A stretch of 64,000 nucleotides of DNA from an uncultured Actinomycetes bacterium (GCA_963810945.1 CAWEPI010000004.1:42104-106103); one strand, 5' to 3'; positions 41,037 through 52,703 are shown, counted from the first letter of the stretch. The notes: generated by a model not told the origin, from the letters alone. Translations and numbers: made by a program.

Positions 41037-42581
41037 TTGCCGGCCGACCCCCCGCGCCCGGTCCTCGTCGTCGACCTGGGGGCGCAGTACGCGCAGCTGA
41101 TCGCACGGCGGGTCCGTGAGGCGCGCGTCTACTCGGAGATCGTGGCGCACGACGCCTCGGCCGAGGAGCTGCGCGCGAAGCATCCGGCCGGGATCATCCT
41201 GAGCGGCGGACCCGCCAGCGTCTACGCGGAGGACGGTCCCCAGGTGGATCCCGGGCTGTTCGACCTCGGCGTCCCGGTGCTCGGGATCTGCTACGGACAT
41301 CAGCTCATGGCGCAGGCGCTGGGCGGCGAGGTCGCCGCCACGGGACAGCGCGAGTACGGCGCCACCCAGCTCACGGTGGAGACGGGCTCACGCCTGCTCC
41401 GCGACGTGCCGTCCACCGACACCGTATGGATGAGCCACGGCGACGCGGTCACGCGCGCGCCCGAGGGGTTCCGCGTCACCGCGCGCACGGAGCAGATCCC
41501 CATCGCGGGGATGGAGGATCCGGAGCGCGGCCTCTACGCCGTGCAGTTCCACCCCGAGGTCTCGCACACGCTGCACGGTCAGGACGTCATCAAGCGGTTC
41601 CTCTACGACGGCTGTGATCTGCTCCCCGAATGGACCCCGACCAACATCATCGAGGACGGGGTGGCCGCCATCCGGTCGCAGGTGGGCGACGACGAGGTGC
41701 TCTGCGCCCTCTCCGGGGGCGTCGACTCCGCCGTGGCGGCGCTGATGGTGCATCGGGCGGTGGGGGAGCAGCTCACGTGCGTCTTCGTCGACCACGGCCT
41801 GAACCGCGAGGGCGAGCCGGAGCAGGTCGAGGAGACCTTCGCCCGTCATTTCCACGTCCCCCTCGTGCACGTGAAGGCCGCCGACCGGTTCCTGGCCAAG
41901 CTCGAAGGGATCACCGACCCCGAGCAGAAGCGGAAGATCATCGGCACCGAGTTCATCCGCGTCTTCGAGGAGGTGGCGCGGGAGCATTCCGGAGCGCGCT
42001 TCCTCGTGCAGGGCACGCTCTACCCGGACGTGATCGAGTCGGGCTCGAAGACCGCGGCCAACATCAAGAGCCATCACAACGTCGGCGGCCTGCCCGAGGA
42101 CATGCGGTTCGAGCTCGTCGAGCCGTTGCGCGACCTCTTCAAGGACGAGGTGCGCCAGGTGGGCGCGGAGCTCGGCCTTCCCGAGGAGATCGTGCAGCGT
42201 CAGCCGTTCCCGGGACCGGGGCTCGCGGTCCGCATCGTGGGCGAGGTGAACGCCGACAACCTCGCGAAGGTGCGGGGCGCCGACCACATCGTGCGCGAGG
42301 AGATCAAGCGTGCCGGCCTCGACCGCCGGACCTGGCAGGCATTCTGCGTGCTGCTCGCCGACGTGAAGAGCGTCGGCGTCATGGGGGACGGCAGGACCTA
42401 CGAGGCTCCGGTGATCGTGCGCGCCGTGACCTCGGAGGACGCGATGACGGCGGACTGGGCGCGGCTCCCGCATGACGTCCTGGACCGGATCTCGAGCCGG
42501 ATCGTGCGCGAGGTCCCGGGCGTGAACCGCGTGGCCTACGACGTCACCAGCAAGCCGCCTGGCACCATCGAGTGGGAGTAA
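41037..42581 (+). CDS. guaA: GMP synthase (glutamine-hydrolysing)
   Basis: TTG start 3 nt after the guaB3 stop. GATase domain ICYGHQL, ATP-PPase SGGVDS and a C-terminal dimerisation domain. Confidence 0.95.
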   Translation: MPADPPRPVLVVDLGAQYAQLIARRVREARVYSEIVAHDASAEELRAKHPAGIILSGGPASVYAEDGPQVDPGLFDLGVPVLGICYGHQLMAQALGGEVAATGQREYGATQLTVETGSRLLRDVPSTDTVWMSHGDAVTRAPEGFRVTARTEQIPIAGMEDPERGLYAVQFHPEVSHTLHGQDVIKRFLYDGCDLLPEWTPTNIIEDGVAAIRSQVGDDEVLCALSGGVDSAVAALMVHRAVGEQLTCVFVDHGLNREGEPEQVEETFARHFHVPLVHVKAADRFLAKLEGITDPEQKRKIIGTEFIRVFEEVAREHSGARFLVQGTLYPDVIESGSKTAANIKSHHNVGGLPEDMRFELVEPLRDLFKDEVRQVGAELGLPEEIVQRQPFPGPGLAVRIVGEVNADNLAKVRGADHIVREEIKRAGLDRRTWQAFCVLLADVKSVGVMGDGRTYEAPVIVRAVTSEDAMTADWARLPHDVLDRISSRIVREVPGVNRVAYDVTSKPPGTIEWE

Positions 42582-42714
42582 CGTCGGGGTCGCCGCTTCC
42601 GGCACCCCCCATCGTCCCGCGAAACCGCGGCGCCGGGCTCCCGTATGCTGGTATCGCCTCGGCATCGTGCGGGAAGGTGTCTCCGTGCGGATGCGAGGGC
42701 AGGGAGTGGGACCG

Positions 42715-43925
42715 ATGGGCGCAGCTGGCAGTCGGCCGTGGGCTCAGAGCATCCTGTCCGTGGTGGCCGGGATGTTGCTCGTCGCGGCGTTCGCCCCCGC
42801 CACGGCCGTGGCGCTCCCCGGCCCCTCCCCGGCGCACACGCTCGGGACCAACGGGCCCGTGCGGGCGTTGCTCCAGGTCGGCAACGTGATGTGGGTCGGG
42901 GGCAGGTTCACGTCGCTGAGCGACGGGACGGGCGTCTCGGGTCTCGCCGCGCTCGATGTCGACTCCGGCGACGAGGCCCCGGGCGTCAGGCCTCTGAGGC
43001 TCAGCGGGATCACCGATCGTCTACGACCTGACCAGGCACGGGAGCACGGTCTACGCGGCGGGTTCGTTCACGGCACGCAACGGCGCGAGGAACCTCGTGG
43101 CCTTCAACGGCCTGACCGGGAAGTTGATCAGGTCGTTCCGAACGCCATCCCTGAAGTCGGTGCTCTTCGACAACGGGCGGGTCCTGGCCGGAGGGGGCAA
43201 GCTGTGGGCCTACCTCCCGAAGGGCAAGCGGGACAGGACCTGGACCGTGACCGACGCCAAGGTCGACACGTCCCTGCGGGGCCACGACACGGTCGGCGAG
43301 GTGCGCGACATCGAGCCCGGTCGCGGAGGTCGCTACTGGGTCGCCTGCCAGTGCGATTGGGTGCTGAACCCTGGGGAGTCCCCGCGTCCCTCCACGCGGA
43401 CCAAGGCGATCGTGAAGCTCAACCCGAACGGCTCGGTGCACCGGAGTTGGGTGCCGGCCGGGCTTGGGGCGGGGAGCTCGGCCTTCGGCATCGATCTCTA
43501 CGTCGATGCCGACGGCGTGGTGCTCGGCGCGGGGGGTTCCGACTTCACGGCCAAGTACGACATGCGGACCGGCGCCAGGATCTTCTACACGAACATCAAC
43601 GGCTCGGCCCAGGCCGTGACCCGCTACCACGACGGCTCCGGCTCCCACTACATCGTGGGCGGGCACTTCCGCTGCGTCGGGACCGCGTTCCACCCACGGC
43701 TGGCGGCCTTCACGTTGCAAGGGGGCCTTGGTGAGCGGTTGGACGGTGGCGCCCACGCCCGAGTACAACGGCGTGTGGGTCGAGACCGTGGACACCAACG
43801 GGAGCCTGTGGGTCGGTGGGGAGTTCAAGAAGCTCGGGACGGGCTGGATCCCCAGCACCTGCGACGACCCCGGTCCCGCGTCGACGGGCAGCGTCCCCCA
43901 GCCGTTCGTGGCGCGTTTCGACTGA
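42715..43925 (+). pseudogene. secreted beta-propeller-like repeat protein, paralog 1 (two frameshifts)
   Basis: Signal peptide. LGTNGPVRALLQVGNVMWVGG matches paralog 2. The frame shifts +1 at about 43010 and again at about 43725. The pieces (ORFs 42667.., 43097.., 43728..) align collinearly with the intact copy downstream. Confidence 0.55.
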
Positions 43926-44198
43926 GCGCCCTCGCGAAGGCGCCGCGACCGGTCGAACCCCGGGGCCCCGAGCATCGAAGGCAGATGGGAGGGGCGCGAC
44001 GGCATCCGCCCTGCGACGGCTGGGCGCCGGTCGGAAACATCCGTCCTAGTCCCCGAGAATCGTTGACCGGACCGGAAACCAGGTCGTATGCTCCGTCGGT
44101 ACCGCGTTCGGCCTACAACAGATGCAAGGTTCCTCGACAGGGAGGGTACGACGTTGGACGTATCGCGCGCGACCGCAGCTCGCGGCCAGGTTCGGAAG

Positions 44199-45371
44199 AT
44201 GCTCTATGTGACCATCGGTGCGGCGCTGGCCGTGACGCTCATCGCTAGCGCAGCCGTGGCCCTCCCGAACACCTCTCCGCTGCCCACGCTCGGGACGAAC
44301 GGCAAGGTTCGCGCCCTTCAGCAGGTGGGCAATGTGATGTGGGTCGGTGGCCAGTTCACGGCCCTGACCGACGGAACGCCCGTGGATGGTTTGGCGGCGC
44401 TGGACGTCAGCACCGGTAACGAGGCGAGCGGCGTGACTCCCCCGATCCTCGGCGGGACCGGGTTCGTCTACGACCTCACCTCGGACGGGAGCACCGTTTG
44501 GGCGGCCGGCTCGTTCACGGCAGCCAACGGCGCGAAGAACCTCGTGGCGTTCAACGGAAACACGGGCGCACTGATCCAGTCCTTCAGCGCCCCCGCACTG
44601 AAGGCAGTCCTCTTCGCTGGCGGTCGGATCCTGGCAGGCGGCGGCAAGCTGCAGGCATTCCTGCCCAACGGCAAGAAGGACGCTACGTGGAAGGTCACCA
44701 CCGCGAAGATCGATGCTTCCATCCGCGGCCACAACACCGTGGGCGCCTTCCGTGACATGAAGCCCGCGCCGGGGGGCGGCTATTTCGCGGCCTGCCAGTG
44801 TGACTGGGTATTGAACCCTGGCGAGTCCATCGGCACCTCGACCGCCACCAAGGCCATCGTGAAGCTGAACGCCGACGGGTCCGTGAACCGCGGATGGATC
44901 CCGGCGGGGCTGAAGGCCAGCAGCGCCGCGTTTGGCATCGACCTCTACATCGACGGCAGCGACGTCGTGCTCGCCGCCGGTGGCTCGGACTTCACGGCGA
45001 AGTACGACGCGACCTCGGGCGCCCAGGTTTGGCTGACGGACACCAACGGCTCGTCGCAGGCGGTCACCAGATTCCACGACGGCTCAGGGGACAACTACAT
45101 CGTGGGCGGGCACTACCGCTGCGTGGTGAACGCGTTCCACCCACGGCTGTCCGCGCTCTCGCTCTCCGGCGCCCTTGACCCCAACTGGACGATCGCGCCT
45201 ACGCCCCTCTACAACGGCGTCTGGGTCGTCACCCAGGACAGCCTCGGGCACCTGTGGATCGGCGGCGAGTTCAAGAAGCTGGGGACGGGCTGGGTCCCGA
45301 GCTCCTGCGGTGACACCCACCCGGTATCGACGGGCAGCGTCTCGCAGCAGTTCGTGGCGCGCTTCGGCTAG
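44199..45371 (+). CDS. secreted beta-propeller-like repeat protein, paralog 2 (intact)
   Basis: Signal peptide MLYVTIGAALAVTLIASAAVA. Internally repetitive Gly/Thr-rich strands (..AAGSFTAANG.., ..AGGSDFTAKYD.., ..GGEFKKLGTGW..). Roughly 60% identical to paralog 1. Confidence 0.6.
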   Translation: MLYVTIGAALAVTLIASAAVALPNTSPLPTLGTNGKVRALQQVGNVMWVGGQFTALTDGTPVDGLAALDVSTGNEASGVTPPILGGTGFVYDLTSDGSTVWAAGSFTAANGAKNLVAFNGNTGALIQSFSAPALKAVLFAGGRILAGGGKLQAFLPNGKKDATWKVTTAKIDASIRGHNTVGAFRDMKPAPGGGYFAACQCDWVLNPGESIGTSTATKAIVKLNADGSVNRGWIPAGLKASSAAFGIDLYIDGSDVVLAAGGSDFTAKYDATSGAQVWLTDTNGSSQAVTRFHDGSGDNYIVGGHYRCVVNAFHPRLSALSLSGALDPNWTIAPTPLYNGVWVVTQDSLGHLWIGGEFKKLGTGWVPSSCGDTHPVSTGSVSQQFVARFG

Positions 45372-45473
45372 CCGACGGATCCCTTTCCGGAGGGTTCGCC
45401 TGGCTCGTTGACCGTTGACGCAATCCGTGGTTACCCTTGCGCGTAACCGACGGATGACCTAGGCCATCCGTCG
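45371..45473 (+). promoter_or_regulatory. operator-like palindromes upstream of the sulfatase gene
   Basis: GGTTAC-N8-GTAACC at 45428-45447. A 26-bp near-perfect palindrome CGACGGATGacctaggcCATCCGTCG at 45448-45473. A third CGACGGAT half-site at 45372. A direct repeat GTTGACcGTTGAC at 45405. Confidence 0.4.
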
Positions 45474-45512
45474 CAGAACCTTCGAGCGGGGGAAGGATCG
45501 CCGGTTCATCTC

Positions 45513-47042
45513 GTGAGGTTGCGTCGAACGGTGCTCAGCGCGCTCGTGACGCTCGTGTGCCTCGTCGCACCGCCCGTCTCCGGCGGGGCGGTCGCGGCCA
45601 CCGCGCGCCCCAACGTCGTCGTCATCATCACCGACGACATGTCGTTCGAACTGCTCTCGCGCATGCCCAACGTCCATGCGCTCCTCGTGGACCATGGGCT
45701 CTCGTTCTCGAACGCGTTCGCGGTGGACCCGCTGTGCTGTCCGAGCCGCGTCTCGTTCCTGCGCGGCCAGTACTCCCACACGACCGGTGAGTACAACGTG
45801 CAGTACCGGTGGGGTGGGTGGTCGCACGCGCACGCCGCGGGGCTCGAGAACCAGACGCTTCCCGTCTGGCTCCACGCGGGTGGCTACTACACGGCGGAGG
45901 TGGGCAAGTACCTGAACGGCTACAACCAAACGGGGTGGATCCCACCGGGGTGGAACTTCTGGCGGGGCATGCTGAAGGTGGGTTACGCCCCCGGCACGTG
46001 GACGGCGTCGGTGCAAGGGACGAAGCAGACGCCGCCGGCCTACTCCAGCGACTGGATCTCCGATCAGGCGGTGGCCGGCATCCAGGCCTCAGGCACGGCT
46101 CCGGTCTTCCTCTGGGCCGCGTATTACGGGCCCCACAACCCGTCGACCCCCCCGCCGCGCTACGACACGGACGCGGAGGCGCCCGGATGCGCGACGCTGG
46201 ACGTCCGATCGATCCCCGGGTTCGACGAGCGCGCGACCGACCTCATCGACGGGATGACCGACAAGCCGCGCTGGATCAAGGGCCGTGTGGCGTTCAGCGC
46301 CGCCACGATCGCGAAGTACCAAGCCGCGTACGTGAACCAATGCCGCTCGCTGCTCGCGGTCGACGACGGCGTGGGCCGGATCATGCAGGCGCTCGAGGCG
46401 AAGGATCCCGGGCTCACCAACACCGTGGTGCTCTTCACGTCCGACCAGGGGGTGGAGAACGGCGCCCACATGCAGCAGTGGAAGAAGGTGCCGTGGGACG
46501 AATCGTCCAAACTCCCGTTCGTCGTGCGCGCCGACGGGCTCCGAGGCTCCGAGCCCGCCACGGACGGTCACCTCGTGCTCAACATCGACCTGGCTCCGAC
46601 CGTCCTGGCGTTGACCGGCTCGTCAGGCAGGCCCGACTGCCCGACCGACGCATCCGTCTACGCCACCGCGTGCGCCGCCCACGGCGGAGGGTTCGACGGC
46701 TTCAGCTTCGCGCCGCTCCTCACCGGGGGTACGTACACGCCGCGGTCGGCGTTCCTGATCGAGCACTGGGACCCGGTGAGCATCACCGGGAAGGTCCCGA
46801 CGTACTGCGCGGTGCGCACGCAGACGGGGCTGCTGACGCGGTACTTCGCCAACGCGACCGCCGGGCCGGATTGGGAGGGCTACGACCTCACCACGGATCC
46901 GAACATGCTGCACTCCCTCGTGTACTCGGGCAGCGACGGGGTGCCGCACTTCCGGGGTTCGGGGGCGACGCTCTACGCCGCCCTCGAGCCGCAGCTGCTC
47001 CATCTCTGCGCTCCGCGCCCGCCCGAGTATCCCCCGTTCTAG
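45513..47042 (+). CDS. secreted sulfatase (formylglycine-dependent; arylsulfatase/GlcNAc-6-sulfatase-like)
   Basis: Signal peptide. The sulfatase signature CCPSRVSFLRG (CxPxR) and the metal-site DDMSFE. Confidence 0.85.
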   Translation: MRLRRTVLSALVTLVCLVAPPVSGGAVAATARPNVVVIITDDMSFELLSRMPNVHALLVDHGLSFSNAFAVDPLCCPSRVSFLRGQYSHTTGEYNVQYRWGGWSHAHAAGLENQTLPVWLHAGGYYTAEVGKYLNGYNQTGWIPPGWNFWRGMLKVGYAPGTWTASVQGTKQTPPAYSSDWISDQAVAGIQASGTAPVFLWAAYYGPHNPSTPPPRYDTDAEAPGCATLDVRSIPGFDERATDLIDGMTDKPRWIKGRVAFSAATIAKYQAAYVNQCRSLLAVDDGVGRIMQALEAKDPGLTNTVVLFTSDQGVENGAHMQQWKKVPWDESSKLPFVVRADGLRGSEPATDGHLVLNIDLAPTVLALTGSSGRPDCPTDASVYATACAAHGGGFDGFSFAPLLTGGTYTPRSAFLIEHWDPVSITGKVPTYCAVRTQTGLLTRYFANATAGPDWEGYDLTTDPNMLHSLVYSGSDGVPHFRGSGATLYAALEPQLLHLCAPRPPEYPPF

Positions 47043-47698
47043 ACGCGGATCGCGGTGACGATGAGCCGCTCGTAGCTCTGGTACTTCGGGTTGCAGGTCG
47101 TGAGCACCAGCGTGGCCCTCGACGTCTGGTGCAGCACCGCTCCCGAGCCCGCCTCCTGCACGACGAACGGATCTCGATCCACGCGGTAGGTGAACGTGCC
47201 GTACTCGGTGCGCAGCGTGATCGTGTCGCCCGTACGGACCTTGTCGAGGTTGAAGAACGGGTGCAGGTACGTGGTGCGATGGCCCGCGATCCCCACGCGG
47301 CCCGTCCGATCCCACGGGTCCGCTGTATCGGGGTAGTGGCCGGGGCCGAGCTTGAGATCCTCATAGGCCGTCCCTTGCACGACCATCATGTCGACGTCGA
47401 TCGCGGGGATCTGGATCTCCGCGTAACGGCCCCCGAGCGCGACGGGAACGGCGTCGGACGGCGGTTTGGAATCGACCACCGCACCGAACCCTTGCCGGAG
47501 GTCGGCCTGGGCGCGTTGCGTGGTGAGTCCCGTGCCCCACAGGAGCCATGCGACGTAGCCGCCGAACCCGGCCGCCAGCATGAGGCACCCGATCCCGATC
47601 CAGTGCGCGACGAGTTGCCAACCCGTGCGGCGCCGGCGCGGGGCGCGCGTGGTGGCCGTGGGGGCGGTCGTGGCGGTGGCCTCGGACATGACGTCCAC
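47039..47698 (-). CDS. class E sortase (membrane-anchored transpeptidase)
   Basis: N-terminal TM anchor, catalytic His region and the TLVLTTCNP (TLxTC) active-site cysteine motif. Its 3-prime end overlaps the sulfatase by 4 nt (convergent). Confidence 0.75.
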   Translation of the reverse strand: MDVMSEATATTAPTATTRAPRRRRTGWQLVAHWIGIGCLMLAAGFGGYVAWLLWGTGLTTQRAQADLRQGFGAVVDSKPPSDAVPVALGGRYAEIQIPAIDVDMMVVQGTAYEDLKLGPGHYPDTADPWDRTGRVGIAGHRTTYLHPFFNLDKVRTGDTITLRTEYGTFTYRVDRDPFVVQEAGSGAVLHQTSRATLVLTTCNPKYQSYERLIVTAIRV

Positions 47699-47742
47699 GG
47701 TACCGTGCCCGGGGGGTCGTCGCGCCCCCCTACACTGGTCGC

Positions 47743-50005
47743 GTGACCGAGGTATCCCCCCTGATCCAGGGACTCAACGACATCCAGGCCGAAGCGGTAT
47801 TGCACACCGAGGGACCCGTGCTCATCGTCGCGGGGGCGGGCTCGGGCAAGACGCGGGCGCTCACCCATCGCATCGCGTACCTGATCCGCGAACATGGGGT
47901 CGCGCCGGGCGCCATCATGGCCATCACGTTCACGAACAAGGCTGCGCGCGAGATGGCCGAGCGGGTGGAGGGGCTCCTCGGCGCCCGCGTCGCCCAGGGC
48001 ATGTGGATCCTCACGTTCCACTCGATGTGCGCCCGGCTGCTGCGCCGCGAACACAACCACCTGGGCCTGCCGAGCAGCTTCACGATCTACGACGACGGCG
48101 ACACGGAGCGGCTGATCGGCGGCATCGTGCGGGACCTCGACCTCGATCCCAAGCGCTTCGCGCCGCGAGCGATCGCCTCCGCGATCGGCCGCGCCAAGGA
48201 CCAGGTGATCGGCGCGGAGCGGTTCGCGCAGATGGCCTCGAACTTCTACGAGGAGACCGTCGCGAAGGTCTACGCCGCGTACGAGTCGCGCAAGCGTGCC
48301 GCCGGTGCGCTCGACTTCGACGACCTGATCATGGAGGCGGTGCGGCTCTTCGAAGACCATCCCGAGGTGCTCCAGCATTACCAGGAGCGCTTCCGGTACC
48401 TGCTGGTGGACGAGTACCAGGACACGAACCGGGCGCAGTACCAGCTGGTGAACATGCTCGCGGCGCGCTACCGCAACGTCTGTGTGGTGGGGGATGCCGA
48501 CCAGGGCGTCTACAGCTGGCGCGGCGCCACCATCGCGAACCTCCTGGACTTCGAGCGCGACTATCCCGACGCCACCATCTTCCTGATGGAGCAGAACTAC
48601 CGGTCCACCCAGAACATCCTGGAGGTGGCCAACGCGCTGATCGAGCACAACGTGCAGCGCAAGCCGAAGAGCCTGTGGACCGAGGCCGGCGCCGGCGAGC
48701 TCACGATCCAGTTCCGCGCCGACAACGAGCACGAGGAAGCGTTCTTCCTCGCCGAGGAGATCGAGCGGCTCCGCGAGTCCGAGGGATACCGGTACAAGGA
48801 CGTGGCGGTCTTCTACCGCACGAACGCGCAGTCCCGCGTGATCGAGGACGTGCTGATGCGGGTGGGGATGCCCTACCGCGTGTTCGGGGGCGTTCGGTTC
48901 TACCAGCGCAAGGAGATCAAGGACGTGCTGGGGTACCTGCGGCTGCTGCTGAACCCGCAGGACGTGATCTCGTTCCGTCGGGTGGTGAACATGCCCAAGC
49001 GCGGGATCGGCGACGCCACCGTCGGGGCCGTGGAGGGGTTCGCCCGCGACATGGACGTAGGCGTGGTGGAGGCGTGCCGCCGCGTGGACGAGATCCCCGT
49101 GCTCCAGACCCGTGCGAAGGGCGCCGTGGCCGGCTTCGTCAACGTGATGGAGGCCCTGCGCGTGCACTGGGAGGACGGCGCCGGTCCCGCACGCATGGTG
49201 GAGTTCGCCGCGCAGGAGTCCGGGTACCTCGCCGAGCTCGAGGAGGAACGCAGCGTCGAGGCCCAGGGTCGCATCGAGAACATCCAGGAGCTCTCGGGGG
49301 TGGCGGCTGAGCTGATCGCGCGCGAGCCCGACGCCTCGCTCGCCGACTTCCTGGAGCAGGTGTCGCTGATCGGCGAGCAGGACGAGTACGAGGAGGACAC
49401 CTCGACCGTCACGCTGATGACCCTGCACATCGCGAAGGGGCTGGAGTTCCCTGTGGTGTTCATGGTGGGGCTGGAGGACGGCATCTTCCCGCACTACCGC
49501 TCGATGACGGACACCGCGGCCCTGGAGGAGGAACGGCGCCTCGCCTACGTGGGGATCACCCGCGCCCGGGAACGCCTCTACCTCTGCCATGCCTGGAGCC
49601 GCACGCTCTTCGGGCAGACGCAGTACAACCCGCCCAGCCGCTTCCTGAACGAGATCCCGCAGCACCTGCTCGATCTGAAGGAGGGAGAGGGCCGCGCCGA
49701 GGGCGGCTCGCGATCCGGGCGCTATCCCGGCGCGGGGCGCGGCGGGGGCAGGGTGATCGGCGCACGCTCCGGTGATGACGCGGGTGGGTCCCGCGACTGG
49801 ACCGCCACCGGCACCCGTCTCACCCGCCCGCCGCGAGGCGCCTTCCATCGCCCCTGGGGACACCGTCTTGCACGAGAAGTGGGGCGAGGGCGTCGTGCTC
49901 ACGGTCTCCGGTTCGGGGGACGGCACGGAGGCCACGATCGCGTTCTCCGACGTGGGCGAGAAGCGGGTGCTGCTGGCCTACGCGCCGCTGCGCAAGGCGG
50001 GGTGA
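47743..50005 (+). pseudogene. pcrA: ATP-dependent DNA helicase PcrA/UvrD with a frameshift in the C-terminal region
   Basis: GTG start. AGAGSGKT Walker A and all SF1 helicase motifs are intact through about residue 680. The conserved C-terminal Tudor-like domain (GDTVLHEKWGEGVV...) lies in the +1 frame from about 49800 (ORF 49772..50005). Confidence 0.8.
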
Positions 50006-50008
50006 GCG

Positions 50009-50494
50009 CTAGGGCTCGGGGACCGGGAGCTCCCTCAGGCCGCGTTCGTCGTCCCACGTGAGCACGCGCGGGTCCCCGCCGAAGCGCGCGAAGCCCGCGG
50101 AGGTCACGTCGACGCTGATGAGGTGATAGCGGGGCTCGTCCGGTGCCCACGCGATCCGCCGGAAGAGCGCCTCCCGATAGGCTCGTCGCAATCCCGGGTC
50201 ATCGATAGGCACCGCGCGCCCGTAAAGCTTCACGTCGCCTTGGGGGTTCATGCGCCCGTGCGGGGAGGAGTGCACGGCGATGCGCGGGTCGCGCAGGAGG
50301 TCGAGCGCCTTGCGCGAGCGCCACATCATCCCGAGGAAGAGGTGCCCCGCCACCAGATCGAGCTCGTTCGGGCTGATGCGAGGCGACCCGTCGCGACGGA
50401 GGGTGCCGAGCACGATCACCTCGTCTTCGGTGAAGCGCCGTCGCGCGATGTCGGCGATCTCGGGGCACGCCGTCGCGAAGGCGTCCCAGCGCAC
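50009..50494 (-). CDS. pyridoxamine 5-prime-phosphate oxidase family (FMN/F420-binding split-barrel) protein
   Basis: 161 aa. GTG start. A split-barrel pattern (IVLGTLRRDGSPRISP...DPRIAVH). Confidence 0.65.
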   Translation of the reverse strand: MRWDAFATACPEIADIARRRFTEDEVIVLGTLRRDGSPRISPNELDLVAGHLFLGMMWRSRKALDLLRDPRIAVHSSPHGRMNPQGDVKLYGRAVPIDDPGLRRAYREALFRRIAWAPDEPRYHLISVDVTSAGFARFGGDPRVLTWDDERGLRELPVPEP

Positions 50495-50497
50495 GGT

Positions 50498-50659
50498 CTA
50501 GCGGAAGATCGCGAGGTAGCCGGCCACGAGGATGATGAGGCCCGCGACGAGCGGCGCGATCACCCAGGCGAGCCCCAGTCGGCCGCGGTAAGGTCCGAGG
50601 GTCCCCACCTTCGTGGTGGGTTTCAGGCCGGGCGGGCGGATCTGGATCTTCTTGCCCAT
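50498..50659 (-). CDS. hypothetical small membrane protein (53 aa)
   Basis: ATG ORF MGKKIQIRPPGLKPTTKVGTLGPYRGRLGLAWVIAPLVAGLIILVAGYLAIFR, not in the ORF track because it is under 60 aa. One TM helix. Its stop is 4 nt before the downstream gene start. Confidence 0.3.
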   Translation of the reverse strand: MGKKIQIRPPGLKPTTKVGTLGPYRGRLGLAWVIAPLVAGLIILVAGYLAIFR

Positions 50660-50679
50660 GTCCCCAATCTACGGGAAGG

Positions 50680-52598
50680 GTGACGCGGTTGCCGAGGATG
50701 CCCGAGCGGAGGCTCGCGATCGCGACGTTGGCACTGGCGGTCGGGGTCGTCGTGGGTGCCTCCTCGCTCGTCGCATCGGTTCCCGCGCGCGCCGCGGCGC
50801 CGTCCACCTCGTGCGATCCGCGTGAACCAGGTCGGCTACGTGGCCTCGGCGCCCAAGCGCGCGTTCCTCCTCAGCAGCCATCCGTGCGCCGGAACGCCGT
50901 TCGATCTCGACGACGGTGGCGGCCCCGTGACCAGCGGAACCGCGGGCGCCGACCGCGGACCCTGGAACGCGGCTTACCCTCACGTCTGCGCGATCGACTT
51001 CGATGGGTTCGCGACCTCGGGGACCTACACCCTCGCGGCGGCCGGTGCGGTTTCGCCGGCGTTCGCGATCGACACCGCGGCGAACCTCTACGCGCCCCTG
51101 CTCGAGAACGCGCTCGTCTTCTACCGGGCGCAACGCGACGGCGCCGATGTCGACCCGTCCGTCCTCGCACGCAAGCCCGCACACCTGCACGACCGACGCG
51201 CCTCCGTGTACCGGATCCCGCGATACAAGGGAGAGACGCTGCAGGGCGATCTCGCTAGGGTCGGGGGACCGGTCGACGTCGCGGGCGGATGGTTCGATGC
51301 CGGCGACTTCATCAAGTTCACCGGCACGACCTCGTTCACCGTCGCGGTGATGCTGAGCGCGGTCCGTGACCATCCGAGCCTCTTCGACGACGGCGGCGGG
51401 CCCGCGTTCCGTGCCGAGGCACGGCACGGGCTCGCCTGGCTGATGAAGATGTGGAACGACCGTCGCCGGGTCCTCTATTACCAGGTGGGGATCGGCAGCG
51501 GGAACGCGCAGATCCTCGCCGACCACGACCTCTGGCGCCTCCCGCAGAAGGACGACGCCATGACCCAGCACGCGCGGCGATACCTCGCGCATCGGCCGGT
51601 GTTCCGCAGCGCGCCGGCGGGCGCGAAGGTCCCGCCGTCGCTCGCGGGCCGGCTCGCCGCCGTCTTCGGCCTCTGCGCCCAGGTGTGGGCCGGCACGCCG
51701 CTGGCCGCGCGTTGCCTGAGGTCGGGTCAGCACGTCTTCGACCTGGCGAAGACATCGCGCGTCGGGACGCAGGTGACCGCGTCGCCCGTCGATTACTACC
51801 GCGAGGACGAGTGGCGCGACGACCTCGAGTTCGGGGCCGTCGAGCTCTACCTCGGTCTCAGCGGCCCGTCCGCCCCGCCTCCCGTCTCGCCGCATGCGTC
51901 ACCGCGCTACTACCTGAGGCAGGCCGCCCGATGGGCCGGCGCCTACATCCACGGACCGGGCGACGGGGCGGACACCTTCAACCTGTACGACACCTCGGGC
52001 CTCGCGCACGCGGAGCTGATCGCGGCCCTGCGGCGCGACACCCAACCTGGCGGTAACCAAAGGCGACCTGCTGCGGGACCTCCGCACCCAGCTCGAGCCG
52101 CGCCGCACGCGGTCGGCGAGCGACCCGTTCAACTTCGGCGCGTATCCCTGGGACGCGGTGCCCCACACGTTCGGCCTGGTGAGCGAAGCCCTCGCCTACG
52201 ATGCAGCCACCGGCACGCAGCGCTACGCGAACCTCGCCCGGCATCAATTGGACTGGGCGCTGGGCGCGAACGCCTGGGGGTCCTCGTTCGTGGTGGGTGC
52301 GGGCACCACGTTCCCGCACTGCATGCAGCACGTGGTGGCCAACCTCGTCGGATCGACCGACGGCACCCCGCCGCTGCTCCTGGGCGCCACGGTCGACGGC
52401 CCGAACGGGTACGTGCCCGGCACGGGGTTCTTCGACGAGGCGGTGCCCTGTCCCGCGGGCGGCGCGGATCCCTTCAGGCCGTTCAACGTCGACGGGTGGC
52501 GCTACGTGGACCGTGTGTCGTCGTGGTCGACGGTGGAGCCCACCCTCGACTACACGGCGTTGTCGTTCCTGGCGTTCACGCGCATGGCCGCCTCGTGA
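50680..52598 (+). pseudogene. secreted glycoside hydrolase family 9 endoglucanase (CelD-N Ig-like domain plus GH9 catalytic domain) with two frameshifts
   Basis: The signal peptide is in frame 1 (50680..). IRVNQVGY...DVAGGWFDAGDFIKF (GH9 signature) is in frame 2 from about 50815. The C-terminal catalytic part (NAWGSSFVVGAG...EPTLDYTA) is in frame 0 from about 52040 (ORF 52158..52598). Confidence 0.7.
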
Positions 52599-52703
52599 GG
52601 TCGAGGTAGCGCTCCCGATGCCGGCCGACCTAGACTGCGGGCGGGCGCCAAACCGTTCCACCCGAGACGTCAACCGGATGTCCCGCGGAGGTCGACGCCA
52701 TCG

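Noticed and set aside
42715-47698. The beta-propeller paralogs or the sulfatase as substrates of the adjacent class E sortase.
   Set aside because: None of these proteins ends with an LPXTG or LAXTG sorting signal followed by a hydrophobic segment and basic tail.
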